From Eledone cirrhosa (taxonomy: Eukaryota), in contig OZ024745.1 of the NCBI GenBank assembly GCA_964016885.1, positions 81,840,001 to 81,904,000 of the forward strand: a stretch of 64,000 nucleotides of DNA. The letters are read 5' to 3'. The notes beneath the pieces were generated by a model. That model ran no database searches. It worked only from the letters and a program-made list of their open reading frames with translations, and was not told where the DNA came from. The translations under genes were made by a program, and so were the position numbers. Within the stretch, counting starts at the first letter, position 1, and each line of letters begins with the position of its first letter. Positions 42,163-55,326 of the stretch are shown piece after piece.

Positions 42163-42702
42163 TTTATAACAATATCTTCTAGTAATTCTGTATAGTTTTA
42201 TTTCACATCATTTCTTTCTAACTGCTGTGTACATTAGACATAGAATGCCAATCATTTTCTCCTAAATGATTATTGATGAATTACTGTTCCTGTATTTTAC
42301 ACAGACATGGTTGGTAACATAGTCAACCATAAATGCTCTACATAATTATTGCACGTGTTGATTTCACCTTTAATGACGGAAATATAAAAAATCCTGCAGT
42401 CTTAATTCACACTCATATTCTATTGACAGTTGTTGTTTCTTTACTTCTCTTTTTTCTTGTGTTACAATAAAACTAGAGGACAGAAATATATTGGTGATAC
42501 TTATACAGTAGGGTTAGGTTTTCACTGCATTTTTATTTTATATTTATGTATCCATTTTTATAACAATATCTTCTAGTAATTCTGTATAGTTTTATTTCAC
42601 ATCATTTCTTTCTAACTGCTGTGTACATTAGACATAGAATGCCAATCATTTTCTCCTAAATGATTATTGATGAATTACTGTTCCTGTATTTTACACAGAC
42701 AT
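42163..42702. repeat. 146-bp identical direct repeat (42163-42308 and 42557-42702) around a 248-bp spacer
   Basis: Direct base comparison. Confidence 0.9.
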
Positions 42703-43116
42703 CTAGAAACATTTGGTGGGCAATACAACAGCATTAACACCACTTGATCTTTGTAATTCCTTTAAAGGGTTTTCAGTGTGTTGTGAGGATAATTTTCCTT
42801 TCACCAATGTCAGATATCCTAAAAAGGGCCATATGCAATCTTCCTCCCCTGACTAAAGGACAAATTGAAAATATGAGGCATGGAGAAGTTTTATCCATAA
42901 TTGGAAAACATTTTATCTATATAATCTGCTTTTTAAAATCATTGAGTTTTTCTGGATATTTTACTCAACTGTATTTTTTCTGAATTTAATCTCTGAATAA
43001 TGTTGTACTACAATGATTTTAGAAGTTTTACACTCTGGGATCTTGATTGTTGGATAGTAACCATTTGTAATAGGCTTCTTGTAGTTTTGTCTTGTGAAGG
43101 AGAAACCAGTTAGAAG

Positions 43117-43343
43117 CTGGAGGAGAGGGTATAGGATGTTGTACCAGCTGATATAATTGACCATGGTATTATATACCAAGGTTTCAAAAGAAAACTGAAG
43201 GAGAAGGTACACGATGTTATACCAGCTGATATAATAAGCCATGGTCTTATATACCAAGATTTCAAACAAACTGGAGGAAAAGGTATAGGATGTTATACAA
43301 GCTGATATAATCGGTCACAGTATTATATACCAAGATTTCAAAC
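43117..43343. repeat. Minisatellite, three diverged ~76-bp units
   Basis: CTGGAGGA..GGTA..GATGTT.TACCAGCTGATATAAT...TTATATACCAAG.TTTCAAA occurs three times. Confidence 0.85.
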
Positions 43344-44381
43344 TCCCTCATCACTGTTTGCTCTTTTCTTTGGCATATAGTAAAACTTTAGTAGACTTTA
43401 TACCAGGAGTTTTGAGATTATTCTTTAGTCATCTTATGGAGGTGCTTCTTACAAAGGTATCCACTAAAATATTTCCAAGGTTAAAAGATAGCAGCTTCCC
43501 TATAAGGTCATAGTAATTTTTTTGTACAATCAAATGATTTTTTTTTGTATGGAGTTATTTATTTATTCTAGTGACACCTAAGTATATGATCAATGTAGCA
43601 GTTAAAGATAATATCCATGTATTGGTTTTTCCATTGGCTGTTAATAGACAAAGAATATTTAATAAGCTATAGCAATATGTGTGTGTATGCCAGCAACTTA
43701 TAATATTTCTCTAAATCTTATTGAAATTAAAATATACCCCCACCCCACCCCAAAAAACAACATTTTCTCCATGTACCCAAATCCACCTATATTGCATTAG
43801 CTCTTCTGTAAACATGTACATGCAGCAAATTGCAAATTTGAAAGGAATATGATCAAAATGTTGAAATATGATCTTGTTTTCTTTTTTTTTTTGTTACTGC
43901 ATGAGGCAGACATAATATATATTGAGCTAGTAATATTACTAACAAACACAATATTACTAACTACGTATGTCAGATTTATAGGTTTTATTTTAAATTCATT
44001 ATTTTTAATATTATTAAACATTTACTTGTTTATAAAAAAATAAATTAACTTTTTAATTACCAATTTGGTTTAATAGTTATTGAAAATCTAGCCAGGTTGT
44101 TGAATGTTACCAATGTAATGTATCTTCAGCAATCTGCTTCATTTTCATCCTTTCTTTGATTTACTGTTAGAATGAGAGAAGTGTTGGAAATAAAGGTATA
44201 TTTTAAATGTAACAAACTTTAAATTATACCGATATTTTCATATTTTAACTGAAGAAACTTCTTATTTAATTTGCACGGAACCTTGATTCTGTTTTGCTGG
44301 TTAAATTTATTTTGCGTGCTTCTGTATTGCTATCTGGTTCCCTCACTAACTTGTACTAATCTGTCAGCTACACACACACAC

Positions 44382-44413
<32 letters not shown>

Positions 44414-45691
44414 TCTCACACACACAGTTGGTTCTCAATTGCTATCTATTTTATCAGTATTAATATATATTAAGGTATATATTTTAATGAAGTAGAATTG
44501 TAATTCAAGTTGCCTTTTCTACCAATGTTTTTTTTAGCTGTTTCTCCCCCCCCCCCCCCTGCTCTATTTCTTTACCAAATTTCATTAGCTGACACTTTCT
44601 AAATAATATAACTCTCTAGAAATTACCATCATTAATAGCACTATCGAGACATGAAAAGATCTTTAACACCAGTCTCTCTCTATCTCTTTCTCTCTGAAAT
44701 TTAATCATAAATGCCCTAGATTTGTTGGTTACATGGCTCAACACACCAGCATAATCTGCCTTGGAAAATATAGATGGACCCAATTATGCATCTAAGATAA
44801 TTAATAAATTATTCAGGTGGGTATTTAAATCTATTGTTAATTTTTAAAAAATAAATACAAAAAATAAAAAACTTGTTAAATGAATTCACAAAACCTTCAG
44901 ACTTATCCCCTGTTCTATTAGGTTTCATCTTAAAGTTTGTTAGGTTTAGATTTTCAACTAATTCCTTCAAATTTTGGTTAACCAATACATTTTAGAAAAA
45001 AAAAAAAAAAGAGTTTAAAATATTAACTTTCAAATATTTTTTATTAGATTAACATTATTATGATTAGAACTGCATTTTGCCATGGTGAAACAGTTGCTTT
45101 GAAGTACGGTGAATTGTTTTTTAGATTTAATTCTCTTAGAGTACTTGTTTATTTTTCACTTAGATTTTAATTGGTTCATGTATTATTTACTTTAGTATAA
45201 TAAAATTGTATTAATATAACCATATTGGCATCCTGTTCAAAAATAATAAACTATTTACAAAAGTAAGAGCAGACTATCATAAGAAAATGCTAAAGAGACG
45301 CAAACATATTTTCTTAATTTGATATTTGTTTTGTATGCCTTTGTTGTACATTGTGTGTTGGTTTGATTGTCTAACAAATATTAATCCCATTTGTGTTGAG
45401 TAGGTTATTTATATATAGCCATATAACAATGACATGCTACTTTCTATCTATTTGAAACATTACTAATGTTTGTTGGGTGAACATTCAATTGATTTTCTTT
45501 TCTATGATATTGACATTCTATAATTTAAGATATTTCAGAATTCCTATTTATTGTTTCAATGGTTAAATAATAATAATAATAATAATATGTACATGTGTGT
45601 TTGTATATATATGTGTGCATACATGTATGTGTGTATGTATATATGTGTGTATATATATGTATGTATATACATATATTATTATTTTTTTTAA

Positions 45692-45901
45692 CCCTTTAGC
45701 ATTTACATTACTCTATATATACTATTGTATTTTCATGGTAAAGGCTTTACCTCACATAATTATCTCACATAATATCGAATCTATGAGATTTTGAAAGTAT
45801 TTATTTTGAGAACAATACCTTAACATCAGTGTGAGTGGCCAGTTACAGCCAGTTTCAGCAGAAAGAAGTAGAGAATTCTGGCCGGTTTGAACATTAAAGG
45901 G
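45692..45901. mobile_element. piggyBac-like MITE
   Basis: TTAA|CCCTTTAGC ... TTAAAGGG|TTAA. Confidence 0.82.
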
Positions 45902-46068
45902 TTAAAGCTCTAAATTATAATCAAGGTAGAGTGTTAACTGGCTTACTAATATATACAGTGAATTTATTTGCCCTAGGTGTCAGGAAGACACTTGGCATAT
46001 ATCAGAAACAATACTGATGAAAAAGGAAAAATAATAATGATTATATTTATATATATATATATATATAT

Positions 46069-46103
<35 letters not shown>

Positions 46104-46109
46104 CATATA

Positions 46110-46413
46110 CCCCGTTCTATGTAAAGTTATGTTGGTGCCGCGCCATCCAGGCCGAAACAAATGAGATCGTGTAGGTGTCACGACAAAAAAACACACAGTC
46201 CACGCTGTAATGTGGCCGTGTAGGCAACACGGTAAAAACCTCCCAGACCCACACTGTAAATGTGGTTGGTGTTAGGAAGGGCATCCAACTGTAGAAAACC
46301 TGCCAGACAGTCCTATGCGAGCAAGAAAATCACTCTTGCCTCAAGTGGGACTACCCCCGTCCAAACCCATGCAAGCGTGGAACACGGACGTTAAACGTTG
46401 ATGATGATGATGA
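46110..46413 (+). mobile_element. 5'-truncated RTE-B copy (3' UTR plus (TGA)n tail) between TA arrays
   Basis: Near-identical reverse complement of 56937-57240. Confidence 0.92.
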
Positions 46414-47068
<655 letters not shown>

Positions 47069-47370
47069 TCATCATCATCATCATCATCACCGTTTTACGT
47101 CCGTTCTTCCACGCTAGCATGGGTTAGACGGGTTGTCCTGTTGTGGGCAGTGTCTGGTCGGCTGACCATGCCTTGCTCATACAGGAACTGATCTGGCTTG
47201 ATTTCTACAGCTGGATGCCCTTCCTAACACCAACCTCATTTACAGTGAGTGCTGGGTGCTTTTTCGTGGCGCCTACACGTCCACTTTACAGTGTGGGCTG
47301 GGTGCTTTTTTGCCGTGGCACCTCCACGACCACCTTGCGGTGGGGGGGGGGGGCATATTGTTTATATGCT

Positions 47371-50300
47371 TCAGCATGTACCCATGGGAGGTCGGGTACC
47401 CTGTATTACTGCGTGACGCCAGAAGTCACGGTCGTGTGTCATTGACTTTGAGAGGTGTAGTTGGGTAAGGTCGGCTTTTATCACCTCATCCCAAGTCATC
47501 TTGGGTCTCCCCACTCCGCGGTTTCCATCAACTTCTAGTGCTCTGCACCTTTTTATGCAGCTGTCATCCTTCATACGCATCACATGTCCATACCAGCGTA
47601 ACCGCCTCTCCTGCACGCAGCATTTGATTCCTCTTATGCTCAGTCTCTCTCTCAATTCATTTATGCTTTGTCGTTCACGTATATTACTGTTACACATCCA
47701 TCGGAGCATGCAGGCTTCGTTTCTCTCTAATCTACGTAAGTCTTCCACCTTCAGCGCCCAGGTCTCACTACCATGCAACATCGCTGTTCGGATACACGCA
47801 TCGTACAGTCTGCCTTTCATTCTGAGGGAGAAGCCTTTTGCAGCTAGCAGTGGTAGTAGTTCCCTAAACTTCTTCCATCCCGTTCTTACCCTAGTTATTG
47901 TACTTTCTGAGCACCCACCTCCGTTGCTAATTCGGTCACCTAGGTAGCAGAAGCTGTCTACTGTTTCTACAGGGCCCTCCCAGAGATTGGTGGTACTTGT
48001 TTCCTGTGGCTGTTTGCTTGCTGTTTCAGCACAGCTGCTGCATGTGAATCCTACATTCTTAATTAAGCTTCCTGAGATCCCGCTACATCTCTTGTGTACC
48101 CATTGTTTGCATTTGGGGCAAAGAATGGAGTTCCTACCTACACCTTTCCTACATACTGAGCAAGGCCATTTCCCTGAGGGGATCTGGGTTCTGTTTTCTC
48201 GTCTACTTATAAGGACCTTAGTCTTTGTCATGTTGACTTTGAGGCCCTTTCTCTCTAGTCCCTGCTTCCAGGTTTGGAATTTATTCTCTAGTTCTACCAT
48301 AGATTCAGCTATGAGTGCGAGGTCATCAGCATACAGGAGTTCCCATGGGCATCCGGTCTTAAACTCCTCCGTTATTGCCTGCAGGACTATGATGAACAGG
48401 AGAGGGCTAAGAACAGAGCCCTGGTGGACCCCAACCTGTACGCTAAATTCCTCGCTATACTCATTGCCAATCCTAACTTTGCTGACTGCTCCCCTATACA
48501 TGGCTTGTACCGCTTTCACAAGCCATTCATCTACTCCTAGTTTTCTAAGAGCCCACCAGATTACTGCACGTGGAACTCTGTCAAAGGCTTTCTCAAGGTC
48601 GACAAATGCCAAGTAGAGTGGCTTACTTTTAGCTAGGTACTTTTCCTGTAATTGCCTCACAAGGAAGAGCGCATCAGTGGTGCCTTTCCCTGGAACAAAC
48701 CCAAATTGCATCTCGTCTATATTCACCCGGTCCCTAATCAGCTGTGCTATAACTCTTTCTGTTACTTTCATGACCTGGTCCATCAACTTTATACCTCTAT
48801 AGTTTCCTCTATCTAGTGCATCGCCTTTACCTTTGTAGCAGTTGACAATGATGCTACTGCACCAATCTTTTGGTATGGCCCCCTCTAGTATTACCTGGTT
48901 AACGATACGTGTGGTTATAGTGTGACCTACAGACCCAGATGCCTTCAGCATCTCGGCAGCTATACCCGATGGACCGGTTGCCTTCCCTATCTTCATATCT
49001 CTGATTGCCTTACTTACTACGCTGCCGCTGACTTGTACTGCTGGTCCCTCTATAGGGTCTACGTGGGGTAGGGTCTCTTCTTCCCATGCATTCTCCTCAT
49101 TTAGTAATCTATCATAATGACTCTTCCATGCATCTTTCTTCTCAGCACTTGTGAGGGCAAGCTCACCTTTATCATTCCGGATACACTTCTCTCCAATGAC
49201 ATCACAACTATCTCTGACACACTGCCTCGCAATCTTGAATACCTCCTGTTTCTGGTCCTCACGTTGTAAAACATGCTTGAATTTTCTATCCTCTGCTTCC
49301 CTCCTAGCTAAGTATACTTGTCGCCTAGCTTCCCTCTTGGTCTCTATGTAATGTACCCTGCTCCCCCCGTTCTTCCATTCTTTCCATGCCTGTCTCTTGG
49401 CCTTGACTGCTTCATCTACCTTATTGTTCCACCACCAAGTCACTCTCCTCCTGCTTGAGGTCTTACTCCAGCCACAAACCTCATCCGTCGCCTCTAGTAA
49501 GTTATTTTTTAGGAACTCCCAGTTCTCTTCTACGTTAAATGTCTCTATCTGTTCTTCTTTACTGTCGTAGGCGTTGAGTAAAATATCTTTAAATCTGTTA
49601 CTGGTTGAGGGGACTTTCAGCTTCCAGATCTTTCTTCTCCAGGTTGGCCTCTGTTTCAGGGCTCGTCTAGTTCTGACCGTGAGGTCGCTGACAACTAAGC
49701 TATGTTGGGATGTACATTCCTCACTAGGGAAGGCTTTTGTGTTTACGACCGTCCATCTGTCACGTCCTCTGATGAGGATAAAATCTAACTGACTAGAGTG
49801 CTCCCCTGATCTATAGGTGATCAGGTGGTTGTCGGGTTTTTTAAAGTTTGTGTTACATATCGACATGTCATTGGCGTCGCAGAATTCTAGAAGTCTGAAT
49901 CCTTCCTCATTCCTTGTGCCAACTCCATGGCCTCCATGTACTCTATTGAAGCCGTCGCAGTGTTTACCTACGTGTCCGTTAAAATCTCCTGCAATGATTA
50001 GGAAGTCCTTGTCGTCTGTTAGAGCAGTAGTGTGTATTAGGGACTCGTAAAACCTATCCTTAAGTTCGTCTGGCAGCCCCGATTGGGGTGCGTAAGCTGA
50101 TATTATTGTGGTAATTGTCTTATTCAGGACTAGTCTGAGTTTAATGATTCTTGCATTTACCCTGTACACTGAGATTACTTTATCTACCCACTTGTCAGCT
50201 AATAGTATACCTACACCACCCATCCCATCGTCATTTCCCACCCAGAAAAATTTGTAGCACTGGCTTTTTCCTACAAGGACTCTAGCAGACCCTCCTCTCC

Positions 50301-50490
50301 ATCTAGTCTCTTGCACACAGCATACATCAACTTCCTTTCGCTCTAGCATTTCTACGATTTCTCCTGCTCTTCCTTTCATTGAGCCTACATTGATGGTACC
50401 AACTCGGAGTTTTGGGCATTTGTCGACACTCGTAGGGGAGGGTCTCTGGGTTGGCGCTTCACGTGGGTGCTTGGTAGCTCGCAGATTCAT
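47371..50490 (-). CDS. RTE-A ORF, 1039 aa: APE endonuclease plus reverse transcriptase with an inserted PHD-type zinc finger
   Basis: GTINV, CVQETRW, SAYAPQ, AGDFNGH, LDFIL, SQH; QFGF, FVDLEKAFDRV, GVHQGSVLSP, LLYADD; C4HC3 insert; FCYLG, RRLRWYGHV. Confidence 0.95.
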   Translation of the reverse strand: MNLRATKHPREAPTQRPSPTSVDKCPKLRVGTINVGSMKGRAGEIVEMLERKEVDVCCVQETRWRGGSARVLVGKSQCYKFFWVGNDDGMGGVGILLADKWVDKVISVYRVNARIIKLRLVLNKTITTIISAYAPQSGLPDELKDRFYESLIHTTALTDDKDFLIIAGDFNGHVGKHCDGFNRVHGGHGVGTRNEEGFRLLEFCDANDMSICNTNFKKPDNHLITYRSGEHSSQLDFILIRGRDRWTVVNTKAFPSEECTSQHSLVVSDLTVRTRRALKQRPTWRRKIWKLKVPSTSNRFKDILLNAYDSKEEQIETFNVEENWEFLKNNLLEATDEVCGWSKTSSRRRVTWWWNNKVDEAVKAKRQAWKEWKNGGSRVHYIETKREARRQVYLARREAEDRKFKHVLQREDQKQEVFKIARQCVRDSCDVIGEKCIRNDKGELALTSAEKKDAWKSHYDRLLNEENAWEEETLPHVDPIEGPAVQVSGSVVSKAIRDMKIGKATGPSGIAAEMLKASGSVGHTITTRIVNQVILEGAIPKDWCSSIIVNCYKGKGDALDRGNYRGIKLMDQVMKVTERVIAQLIRDRVNIDEMQFGFVPGKGTTDALFLVRQLQEKYLAKSKPLYLAFVDLEKAFDRVPRAVIWWALRKLGVDEWLVKAVQAMYRGAVSKVRIGNEYSEEFSVQVGVHQGSVLSPLLFIIVLQAITEEFKTGCPWELLYADDLALIAESMVELENKFQTWKQGLERKGLKVNMTKTKVLISRRENRTQIPSGKWPCSVCRKGVGRNSILCPKCKQWVHKRCSGISGSLIKNVGFTCSSCAETASKQPQETSTTNLWEGPVETVDSFCYLGDRISNGGGCSESTITRVRTGWKKFRELLPLLAAKGFSLRMKGRLYDACIRTAMLHGSETWALKVEDLRRLERNEACMLRWMCNSNIRERQSINELRERLSIRGIKCCVQERRLRWYGHVMRMKDDSCIKRCRALEVDGNRGVGRPKMTWDEVIKADLTQLHLSKSMTHDRDFWRHAVIQGTRPPMGTC

Positions 50491-50799
50491 ATTTCATCTA
50501 TTGATTCAGAGTTGCTCGTGTATTCCCAGCTCATCCATCCATAACGGTGGGAAAATTGAGGGCTAGAAGGACAGTGGTGGTGGGGTAATGGCAGGGTGTG
50601 TTGGGATGCGCCAGAGGAGGAGAGAGTTAGTTAGGCAGGTAGTAGCAGCAGCAGCAGTGCAAATGGCATGCTAGGTTTGATTGGTCGAATAGACTATGGT
50701 GGTGTGTGGGGGTGGGGGGGAGGGAAATTGTGAGGTAGGAACTCAGGGTCGCATGGTAAATATCCAAGTTAATACTACATCAGTAAAATTAACAATAAT

Positions 50800-51213
<414 letters not shown>

Positions 51214-51232
51214 CATATATATATACATATAC

Positions 51233-51267
<35 letters not shown>

Positions 51268-51278
51268 CATATATATAC

Positions 51279-51327
<49 letters not shown>

Positions 51328-51362
51328 CACATATATATATACATATATATATATATACACAT

Positions 51363-51392
<30 letters not shown>

Positions 51393-51393
<1 letters not shown>

Positions 51394-51488
51394 GTCCTAT
51401 GCGAGCAAGACAACCACTCTTGCCTCAAGTGGGAAAACTCCCATGCAAGCGTGGAACATGGACGTTAAACGATGATGATGATGATGAT
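51393..51488 (+). mobile_element. Short RTE-B-type 3'-end copy between TA arrays
   Basis: GTCCTATGCGAGCAAGAC...GGACGTTAAACG(ATG)n with a small internal deletion. Confidence 0.88.
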
Positions 51489-51520
51489 ACATATATATAT
51501 ATATATATATACATATATAC

Positions 51521-51589
<69 letters not shown>

Positions 51590-51782
51590 CATATATATAT
51601 ATATACATATATATATATACATATATATATATACATATATATATATACATATATATATATACATATATATATATATACATATATATATATACATATATAT
51701 ATATACATATATATATATACATATATATACATATATATATATACATATATATATATATACATATATATATATACATATATAT

Positions 51783-52739
51783 ACTAGACATGAAAAATGC
51801 GCAAGCTCAAAAGTGCCACAGAATGTTATAATAAACCTTCAAAAGTGTGGGACTAGAGTTGTTGCTAAAAAATATTGTAATCATTATATATCGTACATTC
51901 TGTGGCATCCTTTATAAAAATAGCTTAAACCAACGAAGCCTTTATTTTTACGCTATTTCACTTAGTTAATTCTTAGAGTGTAACATATAAAAATATGATT
52001 TACAACTATAAAATAAATTAATTAATATAATAACAGAGCTGCGGAGCTGAAATTTAGGAAATAATGGAGTATCGGATCCTGAGTTGGAGCCAGTCAATTT
52101 TTGACCGACTCCGCAGCCCTGTATAATACATTTCATATTAAAGTTATTAATAAACCTATTTTACACTTCATGCAAATTACCACGAGATATTGATATTAGA
52201 TATAAGATACAGCGCAATATCTACAGCTGTAAAAGTACGAAAGCGAAGTAATAATAAGTGGCTTAAGGTAATTCCAATATGAAAGTTTGTAGTGATAAAA
52301 ATTTGATAATGCAATACGATTGTTAATATTATAGTTCTATGAAAATGTAACAATAGATAACTAAATTATTTTACTATTAGTATATTTAAGAAATTATCAT
52401 TATAGATTTGATCGTTCATATAAGCATCATATTAAGTTTCAACACAATTATTTTGTTACTATGAGTATATGATAATAATATTACGTAATTATTTATAGCT
52501 GTTATTACATTAAACATAGATGTATTTATTTTTATATGTTACACTCTAAGAATTAACTAAGTGACATAGCGTAAAAATAAAGGCTTCGTTGGTTTAAGCT
52601 ATTTTTATAAAGGATGCCACAGAATGTACGATATATAATGATTACAATATTTTTTAGCAACAACTCTAGTCCCACACTTTTGAAGGTTTATTATAACATT
52701 CTGTGGCACTTTTGAGCTTGCGCATTTTTCATGTCTAGT
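51783..52739. mobile_element. Unclassified non-autonomous DNA element with ~213-bp near-perfect TIRs (ACTAG...CTAGT)
   Basis: 51783-51995 is the reverse complement of 52527-52739, with one mismatch seen. Confidence 0.88.
52034..52121. mobile_element. 88-bp hAT-like MITE nested in the long-TIR element
   Basis: TIRs CAGAGCTGCGGAG / CTCCGCAGCCCTG; 8-bp TSD TATAATAA / TATAATAC. Confidence 0.75.
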
Positions 52740-53291
52740 TTAATATTTTTTTAAGGCAACGCTTGTAATAACTCTAGTTAAACAGGATATATATTAATAA
52801 TAAATTATCGTTGTAATGTAATTAGATTATGTAATTGTTATTATAAATTATCTTATAAATATTAGTGTAAGATGTATAAAAATATTTTCAGACTTTTAAT
52901 ATAAACAACTACAAAAAACAATCAATATTAAATCAATATATTATACATAATAGAAAACATAAAATATACAATACAAAAACAAAATATTTACATACATTTG
53001 CAATTATCAGTGTATATACATTTTCTTTATATTCCCTGAGCAAATTAATAAGATTTGTTTTTATTGTACATAATTTGATGACTTGTTGGAGTGTATTAAA
53101 AGATAGCAACAATTTGTGATTAAATTGTTATCTTAAGCAACTCACTTTTTAATAGTTGTTGGCTGAGCGAAATTGTAAAAGCCTATGAGCAAATATAAAA
53201 AAAAATACACAAACAACATTTCCTTGTGTTATTACAACATTAGATAAAATAATTGAGCAATGTCGTTATATTTTGCTCTTATTGCACATTA

Positions 53292-53465
53292 ATAGTGTTT
53301 CTATTTTTCGGCACAAATCCATTACGGCAGTCCATTACTGGTACTTTATTTTATCGAATTAGTAAGTATGAAAGTCGAAGTTAACCTCGGCAGGATTTGA
53401 ACTTAGAATGCAAAGGACCATAACAATACTGCAAAGCATGGTGTCTGACGCTCTACCAATACTTG
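53292..53465 (-). mobile_element. Meta-like SINE
   Basis: CATTACTGGTACTTTATTTTATCG...GGATTTGAACT; same family as 32364. Confidence 0.7.
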
Positions 53466-53853
53466 TGTTGAGCTGGTCATTAATTTATGGTGGTCGTGCG
53501 TGAAGTAGAGCAATCGCTAGTTGAAATATTATGAACAAAACATTTTTATTTGCCGAAGAACATATTTTCAATACTGTTTGTGAATGTGACGAAGGAAATA
53601 CATTCTGATATGGAACAGTGTACAAAGTGTGTCTGTGAATAACATAATGTTACCTCATGTTGTTGTCAAGACATAATGGATTTCGTTTATCCAGTTAGAA
53701 GATGAAACCTAGCCATCTCGGATTAGTTATATTTCATGCCATGTGTAAACGTGTTTGAGGATAGCAAAATATGCGCGTTAATTATAATAATTAGTTAATA
53801 ATATTACAAAATATACCTAATTAAACTCTTTGCTTGAAATTTTATCATTCTTC

Positions 53854-53920
<67 letters not shown>

Positions 53921-55286
53921 GAGAGATTTATCTAGTCCTTCGCTCAAGATTAATCTATAAGTTTAGATGTTTGCCTTCGTTTAAGTAAATATTACAGTAA
54001 GATTTTTAATATAAACAACTACAAAAAACAATTAATATTAAAACGAAAAAATTATCAATGATAAAAGAAGCGGATGCAACTTTTTTTTTTATAAAGTTAT
54101 ATTCCTGTTTCTTTAAAGAACATTTCATTTTTGTTCTATTGTAGGCGAAATAATGCAATGGTTTAATAGGGAAGATATAACTTACGAATTATGTCTCTAA
54201 CCGTGTAACGCTTTTTAAGTAGATAACTACAATTGAAAATACTAAAGAAATGGAACCAACAATTCAATTTGAAAGTCGTCTAGTGACAGTGTATTACTGG
54301 TACTTTATTTTATCGACCCCGTAACGATGAAAGGCAAAAATGCAAATGCTTAAAATTTAAATTGCCTTAATTCTATCGTCTGCTGTTTCATTAAACAGAT
54401 ATACCTCCACTATCGTCTCTATTTATACATTTTAACTTATAACTTATACACATTTGATTTGAAATATTTTATCTAGTCCCCCCTCTCAATATTATGATGA
54501 TTTCTTTCGAATGAAACAGTTCTAGTCCTGTAGAAGCCATTTATATATATAATTGAACCGAGTTAAAAATTCACAATATTTATAATTAAATAAGCTCATA
54601 TATATATGTGTGTATTTATCTGTTTATTGTATTATATATAATGTGTGTATATACAGGATGTCCCCCAAAAATATATACACACTTCAACAGCATTCTAATA
54701 ACTATTGCCTGTACAGGTAATCAAAGTGTCAATCGAATGTTAGTTTCGTGTTTTAACAGTACAAATTTACAATACACACATAAAACCAGTGTATATACAT
54801 ACATGAATGTGTATACACATACATGGATGTGTATATACAATATATATGTATATATATATAGACACATATATTCACGGTGCAACGGTACATTAAAATATAG
54901 ATGCGGGAGAGGGGGGTGTATATATAGGGGCGCTGGGGATAAAGGAGTGTAAAGCGTGTGTAATTGATATATTGAAGGAGAGGAGCGTGCAGCGATAGAG
55001 TAACAAATATATAGAGAGGGGGAGAGATGGTATTGAAGGGGAGGAGTGCAAAGCGAAAGAGTAAGAGCTATATATAGAGACGGAACAGATAGAGAGAAAC
55101 AGGCGTAAGTAACAGTGGAAGAGATATAGAGAGAGGTACTCTGATTGGTTGAAAATTAGCCAATGACATACGATCACCACCACCACGGCTATCCCCGAAA
55201 AATTTTTAAAGAAGCTAGGCATATATGTTAGAACACGAAAAGTGAACATTCTGTGTTTCACACTTTTCGTGTTCTAACAGATATAC

Positions 55287-55317
<31 letters not shown>

Positions 55318-55326
55318 CATATATAT

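Noticed and set aside
43117-43343. Regularly spaced repeats as a CRISPR-like array
   Set aside because: Whole units are homologous with no unique spacers, and the context is eukaryotic with no cas genes; it is a minisatellite.
45977-46045. Possible exon VSGRHLAYIRNNTDEKGK after a branch-like TACTAAT and CCCTAG
   Set aside because: No splice donor before the TA array and no MYPT similarity.
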